Shown one piece after another: positions 39,411 through 51,400 of a DNA stretch of 64,000 nt. The position numbers and the translations under genes are program-made. This DNA comes from Chiloscyllium plagiosum. Its lineage: Eukaryota. The stretch is taken from NCBI RefSeq assembly GCF_004010195.1, contig NC_057736.1, positions 25,007,685-25,071,684 of the forward strand. Reading direction: 5' to 3'. The notes beneath the pieces are model-generated. The model ran no database searches, was not told where the DNA came from, and saw nothing but the letters and a program-made list of their open reading frames with translations. Each line of letters begins with the position of its first letter. Position 1 is the first letter of the stretch.

Positions 39411-40788
39411 TCGTCCTGCCTAATTTTCTATTTTCTCTAAAATCTCATCTTTTTCCCTTCCTATGTCTTTATTTCAGTGTGTTCAATGACCTCCTGCTGG
39501 TGCCTCTCCCCTTTGAGGACATTCTGCACCCTCTGAGATATCAATCCTGCACCAAGGAGGCAACGCGCCATTTTGATTTTTCACTGCCCGCCACAGAAAC
39601 ATCTGTCTGTGCCTCTGACAAGAAAGTGCCCTATCGCTATCGATCCCTTGAAACCTGACGTACCCCCTTGTACGTTACAGCCATTCTCAGTGCCAGAAAC
39701 TTGGCTATTCCTGCTTCGTTCCATCACTTTCTTCATTTTCTAAAACCGCATACTTGTTTGAGATGGGGATAGTCACAGGAGACTCCTGCACTACCTGCCT
39801 CCCCCTCCTACCTTTCCTGGAGTAAACCCATCTGCCTGACTGTATCTGCGGCTTTTCTCCCTTTGTATAGCTGCCATCCATCACGCCCATTAGCTCCTTT
39901 TAAATTCCTTATTGCCTCTAACTGCCGCTCCAATTCATCGATTCACAACCAAAGATATTTCATGCAGACATAGTCGTCAGTAACATGGAAACTCTTCCTG
40001 AATTTCCCACATCTGACAGGAAGAGCACGTCACTCTACTAAAGGCCATCTTTGTTCCTTCATAAACTACTGACCCAGGAAATAGCACTGTCTTATTGCCC
40101 TTAAAAAAAAAATTGCTCCAGGTTAACCTAATTTTTGAGGCTTATATTTCAAAAATTAAATCAAGAGCCAGATCTCAATAAAACATAATCCAGAAAGAAC
40201 CCACTCTAGTCACTTTTCGAGATTTACAGCAAAGTTACACTTAAAAACTATACACTTATCTGTTCCTATACTGTGAACTCTTCCAAACAGGTTCCTCCAA
40301 GGTCAGCTGTGAATTTTGCTTTTTGTTCATTTTCTTTTCCTCTGCACTCCAATGTCCAGAGATACTTGAATTCAAACAGCAAAGGCAGTAACTGTGCAGA
40401 TTTACTCCTGTGTCAGACAGCAGCATAAGTGTCTTTCTTTGACCATGTGGTCACTGCCTTTGTGCATCTTCCTCCTTTTTATAGTGTCATTGTTTTGATG
40501 TTTTCTCCCCCAAAATTCCACAACAATGTAACAGCAAATAAAACAGTAATTGCTGCTCCTGGAATTCAAAGAAATCATCTCCAACACCTAAAATACCTTG
40601 AAAGGAGCAGCTCTTAGAATGTTTTCCCATTCTCCATCTTGGATATAATAATTCAAACAATTGTATTGTTAAATGGATTTCAAAGAAGTTTGGTTGAACT
40701 TGTTACATTTGTGTTCTTTCTAAAGGCTTTTTGGTAACATTTTAAAATTTGTTTCTTACACTTTTTTTTTAATAATCTGTCATTGCAG

Positions 40789-40931
40789 GCAGGAAGAATG
40801 TTTCTCATCTTTACTTAGCTTGTTAATGGAATCCTTGCAGTCTTTGCTTTATAGCCAACATCACCTGATTCTTGCTGCTAATTTCACAACTTTGGGCTTG
40901 ATGATGAGTCGCATACTTGCTGACACACCAG
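40789..40931 (+). CDS. NCDN: Neurochondrin, coding exon 5
   Basis: GCAG|G...G|GTACAG; QEECFSSLLSLLMESL...LILAANFTTLGLMMSRILADTP. Phase 2 to 1. Not in the ORF track. Confidence 0.95.
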
Positions 40932-41605
40932 GTACAGAATGAGAACACTGAATCGTTAACTCAACACCCTGTCCCCCACTCCATCATCATCGAGCAGTCT
41001 TAAACACACCATTTACTGTAAAACCAAGGGCTTTTGTGGTGCAGTTGAAGTATTGCTACCTCTGCGCCAGAAGGTGTGGATTGAAGTCCCACCTCTCCTC
41101 TCCATGTTATAGTATATCTGAACAGTTTGATTCAAAGATATCTATAATGTAAAACTGGTATAATTTATAGTACTTTGAGAAGGGAAACCTATAGAACATG
41201 AAAGGATTGTGCATCTTTTACTAGTGCAGTGCTAGAGCAGAAAATAACCAGGTTGATGTAAATGTATGTATTGTGTTAGAGATAGCAGTGGACCTTGTGC
41301 AAGATCAGGAGGGAAAAGTCTTTGCCTGAGCTAGAGTGCAACGGTGGGAGATGAATAATAAGAAAGATGGCATCATGGATCGGTTTGAAGGAAATGGGTT
41401 TCATGGAGGAGATGCATTAATGAGGGTTTGGAGACGAGGCTGAAGTTAAGAGGCTTGAAAATGACAGAAAACACCATGAATCAAAGGAGGGGAGAGGGGA
41501 AAACTGAGGGAGCTTAAAGTGTATTCTGTACTTTGGAGATCAAAAGTTGTCAAACTCGACTTTGGCATTAAACTTGAGAAGTAACCGTGTGCATCTTTTT
41601 TTCAG

Positions 41606-42045
41606 TGTTACAGGGAACTACAGTGTCGAAGGGCTTTTTCCGAGGGGCAATTCACTTTTTGTCAAAAGCACATACAACGCAGCTGAACACGATTGATGAC
41701 CAAACCCAGATTGTGGTGGCTGAGAGATACCAAAAAGCTTGGGATCAAATCTCAGAACTTTGGTTTCTGGGAATGCAGGCATTTAGTAGTTGTGTACCTT
41801 TGCTACCATGGCTACCACAAAGCGTAATTGAATCAGAATGGTTGAGTCACATTTTTGATTTGCTAAATAAGTGTTCTCCCATGACTATGGAGTTTGACCT
41901 CATTGCTGCCTTTCAGTGTGTTTTAGCTGAACTGGCCAAGAACAGCAAACCATGTAGAGACATTATATTGTTAAATAATGGTGAGGAGAAAGCCAACCTG
42001 TATGGAATGGCAGCTTTGGAGCAGTGTGTTTCTCAAAATTACTGA
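41606..42045 (+). CDS. NCDN: Neurochondrin, last coding exon
   Basis: TCAG|TG TTA CAG; LQGT..SKGFF...ELWFLGMQAF..CVPLLPWL...MAALEQC; stop TGA at 42043-42045. Total CDS 2184 nt (727 aa). Confidence 0.97.
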
Positions 42046-42363
42046 CAAGCCAACCTCAACGCAAACTGGCCAAGGAATGATCTGAAGAGGCTTGGAGCTT
42101 GGCTGTACTTCCTTGTAAAATGCTGGTTAAGATTTTTTTTTAAATTAACATTTTATTTAATTTTAGGTTTTGAAGAATTTGACATTTGCTGGTTACATTT
42201 GATCATTCAGCTATTTTGGGAATTGGTTTAACTTAGGAGATGCAACAACTGCAGCTCTCTTTACTCCACACATTCTCTGCTACGCTCACTCCTTTCATCT
42301 TTGGTTGCGAGAAGTTCTAAAATACAGCCCTCTTATATAAATACTTCATAATCAGTATTGTAC

Positions 42364-42377
42364 AATAAAAAAATAAA
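42364..42377 (+). terminator. Tandem AATAAA polyadenylation signals (NCDN proximal)
   Basis: AATAAA at 42364 and 42372, ~320 nt after the stop codon. Confidence 0.6.
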
Positions 42378-43538
42378 TTTTTGACAGTTGTGAATCAGAA
42401 ATGCAAGAAATAATGACTTTTTTACAGCATGGAATTAGTTTGAGTTTACTGCACAGCTGTATCATTGACTAAAAATCCAAGCTAGTTTGAATAGAAAATG
42501 CCCACATCCTGTTATGGCTCAGCTGGTGCTAAATAAATCAGTTTGGATCATTTTAATCCAGTTTTTAATGGGAAAGAGATTGCATCACAGAAATCCTCAG
42601 ATGTGGTAGAACTTGTCCAGACCAAATTGTCAGTTTGAATACGATACTTTTAAAGAAATTATATATGGATGCTGCGGGGAGGAGTTGGGCTTCTAAGTTG
42701 CTATTTTAAGCCATATAATTGAGGCAAAATCTCATCATCGAACCACCTTACCAGAATGAAAATCGGACTTGTTCGGACAAGCATAGAAAAATTCGAAGTA
42801 GCTTAAAATGGAACTGTCAGTAAGACACTTTAGGTCTTGTAGAATTGGATCCCATTAAAGTATCATTTTGTTATGTCATTTTCTGTGCAAAAAATTACTG
42901 CTGTGAATTTTTAGTTTATCTCCTGTAAAATTTCACTGCTTAGATAGGATATCATTCTATTGTCTGTCCTCCAGAGATGATGTGAACTCCTGTTTATAGC
43001 TGTCATTATCTTTTGGCAACTTGATATTGGAGGAATATCATTGGAGACAATGGTTCCAGAAGGGACAAAAAAAAGCTAGGTATGTGCATTGAAACATTAT
43101 TTTTCAAATTGAGCCAGCGAATGTTTGGAAGACAGCTGTGGTGAAACATAGATTTTTGTCTGTTTTACCTGAAAAGGGTCTTTGGTATGCCAGTGATGTT
43201 ATGACTCAACACTGCGTGTGCATGTGTGTGTATGTGTTGGCAGGAGGAAGGTGGTGGTGTTATTCTTTTAGATCAATTTCTGGTGTTCTATTCATGAATT
43301 GTCTTTAACAGTTCAGAATCTTTTCTGTGATGAGGGAGCATATCCCGTAGGTCCACCGTCTTTTCTTTCTTGTTATAAGACTCAAAATATTTTTTAATTC
43401 CCAATTTCAAAGTTTGGAACAATTCCCAATTGTCTAATGTAATTCCTAATTCATCTAAATATGTCTTAAGCTATTACTTTAGTGCTGTATATGAAGTTAA
43501 AGAAAATAACTTGTACACTGCTTCTATTAAAGAACATT

Positions 43539-43730
43539 AGAGTCGAAAAAGGTGGTACTGGAAAAGCACAGCAGGTCAGACAGCATCAGAGGAGCAGAAG
43601 AGTCTATGTTTCGGGCATAAGACGTTCCTGATGAAGGACTCCTGCTCCTCAGATGTTGCCTGACCTGCGCTTTTCTAGCGCTATCCTTTTCGACTCTGAC
43701 TCTCTAACATCTGCAGTCCTCACTTTTTCC
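43539..43730. mobile_element. Family-1-related fold-back insertion
   Basis: TSD (C)TATTAAAGAACATT (43524-43538 / 43730-43744). Inverted arms with an internal CTGATGA remnant. Confidence 0.75.
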
Positions 43731-43847
43731 TATTAAAGAACATTTGTTGAGAAAAACAAAGCTGAAAGTAATTTCTGCATGTTTTCTATATTTTTGTGCT
43801 TTCGCAAATTAAATTGCTGGCATAAAATGTACAGTCTGTTAATTGGC

Positions 43848-44160
43848 AGAGTCATAGAGATGTACAACATGGAAACAAACCCTTCGGTCCAACCCGTCCA
43901 TGCCGATCAGATATCCCAACCCAATGTAGTCTCACCTGCCAGCACCCGGCCCATATCCCTCCAAACCCTTCCTATTAATATACCCATCCAAATGCCTCTT
44001 AAATGTTGCAATTGTACCAGCCTCCACCACTTCCTCTGGCAGCTCATTCCATACACGTACCACCCTCTGTGTGAAAAAGTTGCCCCGTAGGTCTCTTTTC
44101 TATCTTTTCCCCTCTCCCCCTATAGGTCTCTTTTCTATCTTTTCCCCTCTCCCCCTAAAG
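43848..44160 (-). mobile_element. CR1-like 3' tail with a short tandem duplication
   Basis: Matches the 13290 and 29265 tails. Duplicated TAGGTCTCTTTTCTATCTTTTCCCCTCTCCCCC. Confidence 0.75.
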
Positions 44161-44297
44161 CAGACAGATTTTTTAAAAGGAAAGGGAATCAAGGGTTCCA
44201 TGCAAGTGGAGTTGAGGTTTATCAGTTCATCCACAATCTCTTGATGAATCAGATGACACTGCTACTTCTAATCTTATGGTCTGAAATAATTCCACCG

Positions 44298-44640
44298 AGG
44301 TGGCACAGTAGCTTAGTGGTTAGCACTGTTGTCTCAGTGTCAGGAACCCGGCCTCTGGTAACTGTCTGTGTGCACTTCTTACGTTCTCCCCATGTCTGCA
44401 TGGGTTTCCTCCGAGTGCTCTGGTTTCCTCCCATAATCCAGAGATGCACAAGTTAGGTGGATTGGCCATGCTGAATTGCCCATAACATCCAGGCATGTGT
44501 AGGTTAGCTGGATTAGCCATGGGAAATGCAGGGTTACATGGATAGGGTAGATGGTGTGTCTGGGTGGGATGCTCTTCAGAAGGTTGGTGTGGACTCAGGC
44601 TAAATGCTCTGCTTCCACATTAGGGATTCTGTGATTCTAT
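44298..44640 (+). mobile_element. V-SINE (HE1-like)
   Basis: tRNA-like head, V-domain and CR1-like tail GGGATTCTGTGATTCTAT. Confidence 0.8.
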
Positions 44641-45034
44641 AAGAGGCTGGTATCCCATCACCCTTTATTTACACATGGAAAGTGCTTAACACTGATCCAG
44701 TTTCCCAAGAGCCAGCTCTCAGTGAACAGAACCTCCTGACATTCTTGTTTCTATCTGCCAATCAGGACCTCTGATTTGTGGCTATTAACCTGGTCCAGAG
44801 TTGAAAAATGTGGTGCGAGAGAAACACAGCAGGCCAGGCAGCATCCGAGGAGCAGGAGAATTGACATTTCGGGCATAAGCCCTTCTTCAGGAATGATTCC
44901 TGAAGAAGGGCTTATGCCCGAAATGTCAATTCTCCTGCTCCTCGGATGCTGCCTGGCCTGCTGTATTTTTCCAGCACCACATTTTTCAACTCTATTAATC
45001 TGGTCCACCTGGCTGACCTTGTTACAATCACTAC
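44641..45034 (-). mobile_element. Possible solo-LTR-like repeat hosting the hairpin insertion
   Basis: Minus strand starts TGTAGTGATTGTAAC... and contains AATAAA. The other end is truncated by the SINE. Confidence 0.35.
44797..44993. repeat. Near-perfect 197-bp palindrome formed by two head-to-head family-1 elements
   Basis: 98-bp arms around G44895, ~4 mismatches. TSD ATTAA[C/T]CTGGTCC (44784-44796 / 44994-45006). Confidence 0.9.
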
Positions 45035-46199
45035 AGTTTAATGGAAATAAATGATCTTGTAACAATGCCAATTATAAATATTGTTTTATTAGCGTGCCTT
45101 AGCAACATTAATGCTCAGTGCATTGTTAACTCCAGGTTGGGAAAGAGGCTGTCTGGAATTGAACTCCTGCCATGTATTGCACCATCTTTGATTCTTCGCT
45201 CAGACATGAATTTTTTTTTAAACATAGTTTTGTTTCCATCTTGTTTAAATGGGATCCATTCCCACAGGGTCAAAAGAGTTCACTGAAAGGTGGAAAGACT
45301 CTGGAGCGGTCAGGGAGCACCAGTTAAGTGAAGTAAAACCAGCACAGAAGATCACTCGGCCTAACTATTTGAACGATCTCCCATTTTTTTTTTCTCACAT
45401 GCTTGTCTTGTCCTTTATCTGCACCCATGCTATTGACTTCAACTAATGACTGGGAGTGGTTCCTTCTTTCAGTTCTTCAGGTGCAAAAGTTTTTTTTTCT
45501 GAATTCACCTTTGGATTTCATGGTGACTGTGTTCTATTTGTGCCCTTTGCAGTTATGCTGTGCCCTACAGCGTGCTGAAAGAGGGAAATGGAACTGACAA
45601 TATCATTGTACAAGACGTTTGCTTTATTGTATACCTACGTTGTTTGTGTATTATCCTTGTGAATGTTTTGTCCCAGTTGAGCATTTGCATTTTAATAGAT
45701 AATTTTAATCACTCTGTATCTGATCTATTATGACATAGTTCTGGCGCAGGTAGGACTTGAACACAAGCCTCCTGGCTCAAAGGTAAAAATTCTCTGACAG
45801 CATCACAAGAGCCCCCATTTCTCCTTTTTCTATGTTAATCAGAAATATCTGAAGATCCAATACAGTTTTAGCTAATGTAACTTTCATACTTTCCAGTTCT
45901 AGATTTCAAATAAAGCTTGGTGCTTGTATTTTTTAAAAAAAATTGCTAAACTTAACTATTCCAATGTGTTTGTATTTGTCTAAATAATTGAACTATTGCT
46001 TTTTGTATTAATGATGTGTTGTAAGGGGAAAAACATCGATTTTACATGTTTTCTGAATGTGATTCCTCAAAAGAACAGGAATAGGCTAGTCAGCTGATCT
46101 GTGTCCGAAATCAAAATACGTGCCTTTGGCCTATATCCCTTAATTCCTTTGCTTGATAAAAGATTATCTACATTTGTTGTAATTTAGGTAAATATGAGT

Positions 46200-47975
46200 T
46201 GCCTCTTTTTTTTGGAAAGGTGAAGCAGGGCAGGATTTATACACTTAATAGTTTAAGATCTTGAGTGTTTGCTGTGCAAAGAGACCTTAGAGTGTAGGTT
46301 CATAGCTGCTTCAAAGTGAAGACACGGGTAGATAAGATAGTCAAAAAGACTTTATTGGCCAGCGTATTGAGCATAGGAGTTGGAAGGTCATGTTGTGGCT
46401 GTACAGGACATTGGTTAGGACACTATGGGAATACAGTGTGCAATCCTGGTCTCCCTGCTGTAGGATGTTGTGAAACTGGAAAGGGTTCAGAAAAGATTTA
46501 GTCACAGCTGTAGATCTATAGCACGGAAACGGACCCTTTTGGTTCAACCAGTCCACGCTGACCAGATATCCCAACACAATCCAGTCCCACCTGTCTGCAT
46601 GTGCCCCATATCCCTCCAAACCCTTCCTATTCATATGCCCATCCAGATGCCTTTTAAATGTTGCAATTGTACTAGCCTCCACCACTTCCTCTGGCAGTTC
46701 ATACATGCACCACCCTCTGTGTGGAAAAGCTGTCCCTGAGGTTCCTTTCATAGCTTTCCCCTCTTACCCTAAACCTATACCCTCTAGTTCTGGACTCCCC
46801 TATCCCAGGGAAACGACTTTGTCTATTTATCCTATCCACGCCACTCATGATTTAATAAACCTCTATAAGGTCACCTGTCAACCTCTGACGCACCATAGCA
46901 AATAGCCCCAGCCTATTCAACCTCTCCCTATAGCTCAAATCCTCCAACACAGGCAACGTCCTTTGTAAATCATTTCTGAACCCTTTCAAGTTTCACAACA
47001 TCCTTCCGGGAGGAAGGAAACCAGAATTGCCTGCAATATCCCAAAAGTGGCCTAACCAATGTCCTGTACAATTACCTTCAACTCCTGTACTCAATATTCT
47101 GACAAATAACGGAAAGCATACCAAACATCACCTTCACTATCCTATCCACCTATGACTCTACTTTCAAGGAACTATGAACCTGCATTTCAAAGTCTCTTGA
47201 TTCAGTAACATTCCCCAGGACCTTACTGTTAAGTGTATAAGTTCTGCTAAGATTTGATTTCCTAAAATGTAGCACCTCGCATCCATCTAAATTAAACTCC
47301 ATCTTCCACCCATTGGCCCATCTGGTCAAGATCTGTTGTAATTTGAGGTAAACTTCTTCGCTGTCCACTACACCTCCAATTTTGGTGTTATCTGCAAACT
47401 TATTAACTATACCACCTATGTTCATATCTAAATCATGTATATAAATAATGAAAAATAGTGGACCTAGCACTGATCCTTGTGCCACACTACCCTCCGTCTT
47501 CTACCTTCGAGCCAATTCTGTATCCAAATGGCTAGTTCTTCCAGTATTCCATGAGATCTAACCTTGCTAACCAGTCTGCAGTAGTGTAGGATATTGCCAG
47601 GGTTGGAGGGTTTGCGCTTTAAGAAGAGACTGAACTGGCTCGAGCTATTGTCCTTGGAGCAGCAGAGGTGGAGGGATGACTTTGTAGGAGTTTATGAAAT
47701 CACAAGGGTTAGGGTTACGTTGACTAGACAAGGTCTTTTTCCGGGGATGGGAGGTGACTAAAACTAATGGCAGAGATTTAAGGTGAGATGGAAAAATTTA
47801 AAAGGGACCTTCATAGCAATGGTTTCACACAGAGGATGGAATGAGCTGCCAAAAGTAGTGGTAGACACTGGCACAATTACAACATTTAAAAGGCATCTGG
47901 ATGGGTATATGAATAGGTGGGGTTTAGAGGGATTAGATTAGGATATCTGTTTGGCATAGATCAGTTGGACTGGTG
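46200..47975. mobile_element. Nested CR1-like LINE fragments (+ copy interrupted by a - copy at ~46505-47580)
   Basis: ORF 47150-47485 GSVLGPLFFIIYIHDLD...KFADNTK (RT). The + strand LERVQKRF frame breaks at ~46500 and resumes at ~47580. Confidence 0.85.
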
Positions 47976-48299
47976 GACTTTTCCAGCAACACACTTTTCA
48001 GCTCTGTATATCTCTAAGAGTCTTTGTGAAAGAAACCTCCAAACTGAACGGTCTTGTCCAAATTTTGACATTACGCTTTGTCATTTGAGTTTTCAACCAG
48101 GGAAAGTAGTTTATTTATCCTGCCTTTTTCTGTTAATACCCTGAAGCTTTGGACTACCTCTGGATCAGGTGGAACTTAAAACTATGCTTCTTGGCTTAGA
48201 GTTAGGGACACTACCCCTGCACCGCAAAAGCAAAACCATTTCGATTATGTGACGGTAGGGTAATCTGATCTAATTTTAATCAGGAGCTCTATTTCAAAT

Positions 48300-48900
48300 T
48301 TACCGCTGCAGAGCAGTGGGGAAAGAAGAACCAATGACAGGCGCCAGCTCTCATCGTGGAAATGTCAATCTTTGTGTTCTGGTGACATCACAATTCCGGG
48401 CGGAGACACTTCGACACCGAAGAGGCGGTCTTGTCTCGACGTTGGGGCCAATCAACAGCGACGGGGCGGAGCAACTGTCCGTGGCCGCCCCGAATCTGGA
48501 GCGGAGGGGGCGGGGCTCCGGTGATGGAGCATGCGCCGTGCGGCTGGGCGCGAAGGCCGAACTGGAGAGTTGGTTAGTTTGAGATTGAGCTTTCTCGCGG
48601 CTGGCGCCTGGAGCTGCTCAGTTTTAAAGGTCGGCATGAAGTCATTTTAATCGGAACGCGCCGATTTGCTGAACCCTTTGGACCTGCCGCCTTTTGTTCT
48701 TCGAGTATTTTTCCGTTAATTGTGCCGCGATGTCGGTGTCCGAGCCGCAGCCGTGCACGGAGGTAGGAGCAAAATGGAGGGAGGGTCTGCTGGGCCGGCT
48801 CCGGCTTGGCGCGCTGGCTGGGGACGGAGGGACGGGGACGGGGCCGGGGCCTCCGCTCTCAGTCTCTGCTTCTGGGATCCACTGGGGATTGTACCCGCAG
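48300..48900 (+). promoter_or_regulatory. CpG island / CLSPN promoter with cell-cycle-type motifs
   Basis: CCAAT at 48331 and 48448, GC box at 48507, NRF1-like GCATGCGC at 48529, E2F-like GGCGCGAA at 48547 and TTTCTCGCGG at 48591. Confidence 0.75.
48730..48762 (+). CDS. CLSPN: Claspin, coding exon 1 (MSVSEPQPCTE)
   Basis: ATG in the CpG island, donor GAG|GTAGGA, phase 0 matching the next exon. Assigned by position and phase rather than by homology. Confidence 0.75.
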
Positions 48901-51059
48901 TTCTCCCTCAGGACTTTGGCGAATCGTCCCGCTTCATCCTGAGATAAAATAAAAGCCTTGTAACTGTTGGCACTTTCAGACTTGTCAGCTGGTCTTTTTA
49001 ATCTCTCTGGTGGGTTTAAATATGTCAGTTTCTACAATTAAAAGCCTTCCGTATTTTAATGACTGGCTGCCTGTGTTTTGTACTCGCTCACTGCAGATTA
49101 TCTTTTTCCCGCTGTCTGTCTGTGCTCGATTGTGAATTTATTTATTTTTTGGCGGGTGTTGGTTTAGGTTAATCAAGGTGATCCTGATGATGGGAGTTGT
49201 TAGTTGGCGGTTTCCTATGGTAGTTTAGATGCAGCATATTATTATATCTTACGTTTTCCCCCTCCTGTTTAATCACCGCCCAAAATTGTTGGCGCTCGTT
49301 GTCTTTTGTTTTCATTCTATTCTTTTGTTGCACAACTTTTTATTTTCATTGGTTTGCGATCTTAAGTTCCATTGCTTTTAAATCTTTTCACAACTTGTAG
49401 AACATAGAACTACGATATGTTTATAACTGCTTTGCAGTCGTGAGGCAGCATGAAGAAAAGCTTAGCAAGGTGAAAATACAGTTGTAGCTGTGAAGAGATT
49501 AGTTACGCCTTGGGTACTTTTAACTTTTTGAACAGTCATACTGCTTCCATGTATTGCTTCTCATTGAGTGGAATGAGCACATCGTCTATTGCGTTCAGAA
49601 CAGTGAGAAGTGATCTAATTCAAACTATTTCATAATTCCGTGTATGCAGCTTGTTATCAAACCAGATAGTAACTTATCATTGGGCTAGCAAGCGTAAGCC
49701 AAAGCACTTGATATAGTTTCGTCTTGATATAACGCACTGGATAAGATCTTCAGGGTCCCAGGTTCAGTCTACTAGAATGGATTTTGATATGTTAGCTTTT
49801 GTACTTAAAATTGTGCAATGGTGAATTGGATTGTGAATACTGAGTGAGGGCAAGGTCGAACTTATTTGCGGTCGGTAAAACTTAATATTTTGAGTTGGAA
49901 TTTTTGGTGGGGTTTAGGGATTTTGGATTCATTATTTAGTGCAACCAATGTATAAGTAACATCTGCAATTCTGTTTACAATCCCAATGCAGTTCTTTGTG
50001 AACACGATTAAAAGTTTTTTGTTTAACTTCGCAAATACAGTAGCGTGTGTGTTTCTATAGGAAGTTCCCATACAAGTATCAAATGTCGCATTTAATATCA
50101 GTTTTATCACACTCGCATGTACTAGCAACAATTAATCATTGAATTCAATTCAGTAATGCCAATATTAAAATGGAATGCTGTTCATCGGCTGAGAAATATT
50201 GGACCGAATGGTGAAGCAGTGTCTCAACATCCAGTATGACATTAGGTATTGACATTTCACCAGCTGTGCGGTTTTTGAGGTACTTGTTTCATGTTCTGGA
50301 AACCTGTCCTGTGTTACAACTGCTTCCTCATTTTATCTATTTGCTAGGCTGTGATAGGCGCTACGAGGGAAGGGAAGACATTTCATGAACACAAAGTGTG
50401 ATCGGTTCTGTATATATTCAGTATTTTTTTTCACTGAAATGTAGAAAGTGTAAATTTATATCGGAGCAGGTTGGTACAAAATCAACTTCAACTGTTCATT
50501 TCAAACTGCTTATGTTGCAGTACTGACCAGATTGTAACTGGTGTCAGCAAATTGATTCATGTCATGGCTGCCACATATAAATAAGTACAAACCGTCTCAA
50601 ATCTTAGTTCAGCAATGGAATTCCTTTTGGTATAGAATTGTATGAGGATGTAATTGGCTATAAACAAAATATTAATTAAATTGTTTCCAACTTCACATTT
50701 CAGTAATATTTGGCTTGTATGAGCTACTTAACCCAGAACAATGGTTCATAAAAGTAAGTAATGGATTTCAAATTATTACAAAATCCTTCACTGAAATATT
50801 CTATCATAGAGGTCAGTAGATTAGGTTTTCAAACATGGTGAAGTTAAATGTGTCCAATTAGTATTGCGTACATGGAAATTTCTGTGAATGCTGTTGAAAG
50901 CAGTGAAAATGTTTATGGTCAGTTTCAAAGATACTTCTTGTAAATTGAACTTTCATGCCTGCATAAAGATGCTTATTAGTTTTAATTCTTTTGATTTCAT
51001 GTATCAATGTAGAGTGTAAGATTTACCCTGCTTTTACCTTGAATTTTAATTCTTTCATT

Positions 51060-51400
51060 AGTGTCACTGTCAAGGCCAATATTTGTTGCGTGTCCAATTG
51101 TTTTGTGACTGAGTGTCTTGCTCGGACATTTCAGAAGGCAATTTAGAATCAGCCAATGTACTCTGGACTTTTATCACGGGCAATACCAGATCAGGATGGA
51201 AGGTTTCCTTCCTTGGAAAATCCTGAAAGAACATCAGTGAATCAGGAGTTTTACAGCAAACAGTTACAGGTTCATGAGACGAGCTTTTAGTTCGAGATTT
51301 CATTTATTGAATTTAAATTCCATTACCTATCATGGTGGAATTTGAACTCCGTCACCAGGCTTCTGGATTACAGGTCCAGTGACATTACCACTATTTTCCA
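51060..51400 (-). mobile_element. Old SacSINE1/Deu-SINE-like element
   Basis: Minus strand has box B GAGTTCAAATTCC and a tail related to the 23050 copy. Confidence 0.45.

Larger units (their letters stand above)
36140..40620 (-). mobile_element. Near full-length, degenerate CR1-like LINE (5' UTR/ORF1 remnant, EN, RT, tail), antisense in NCDN intron 5
   Basis: ORFs 37244-37504 (PEDWRLANMVPLFK..PGNYR.VSLTSVV), 37542-37742, 36643-36825 and 39705-39890. Carries nested insertions. Confidence 0.85.

Noticed and set aside
44751-45071. Mirror-image ORFs on both strands (IPEEGLMPEMSILLLLGCC...)
   Set aside because: Translation of the palindromic repeat, not a protein gene. The same pseudo-peptide recurs wherever family 1 is inserted.
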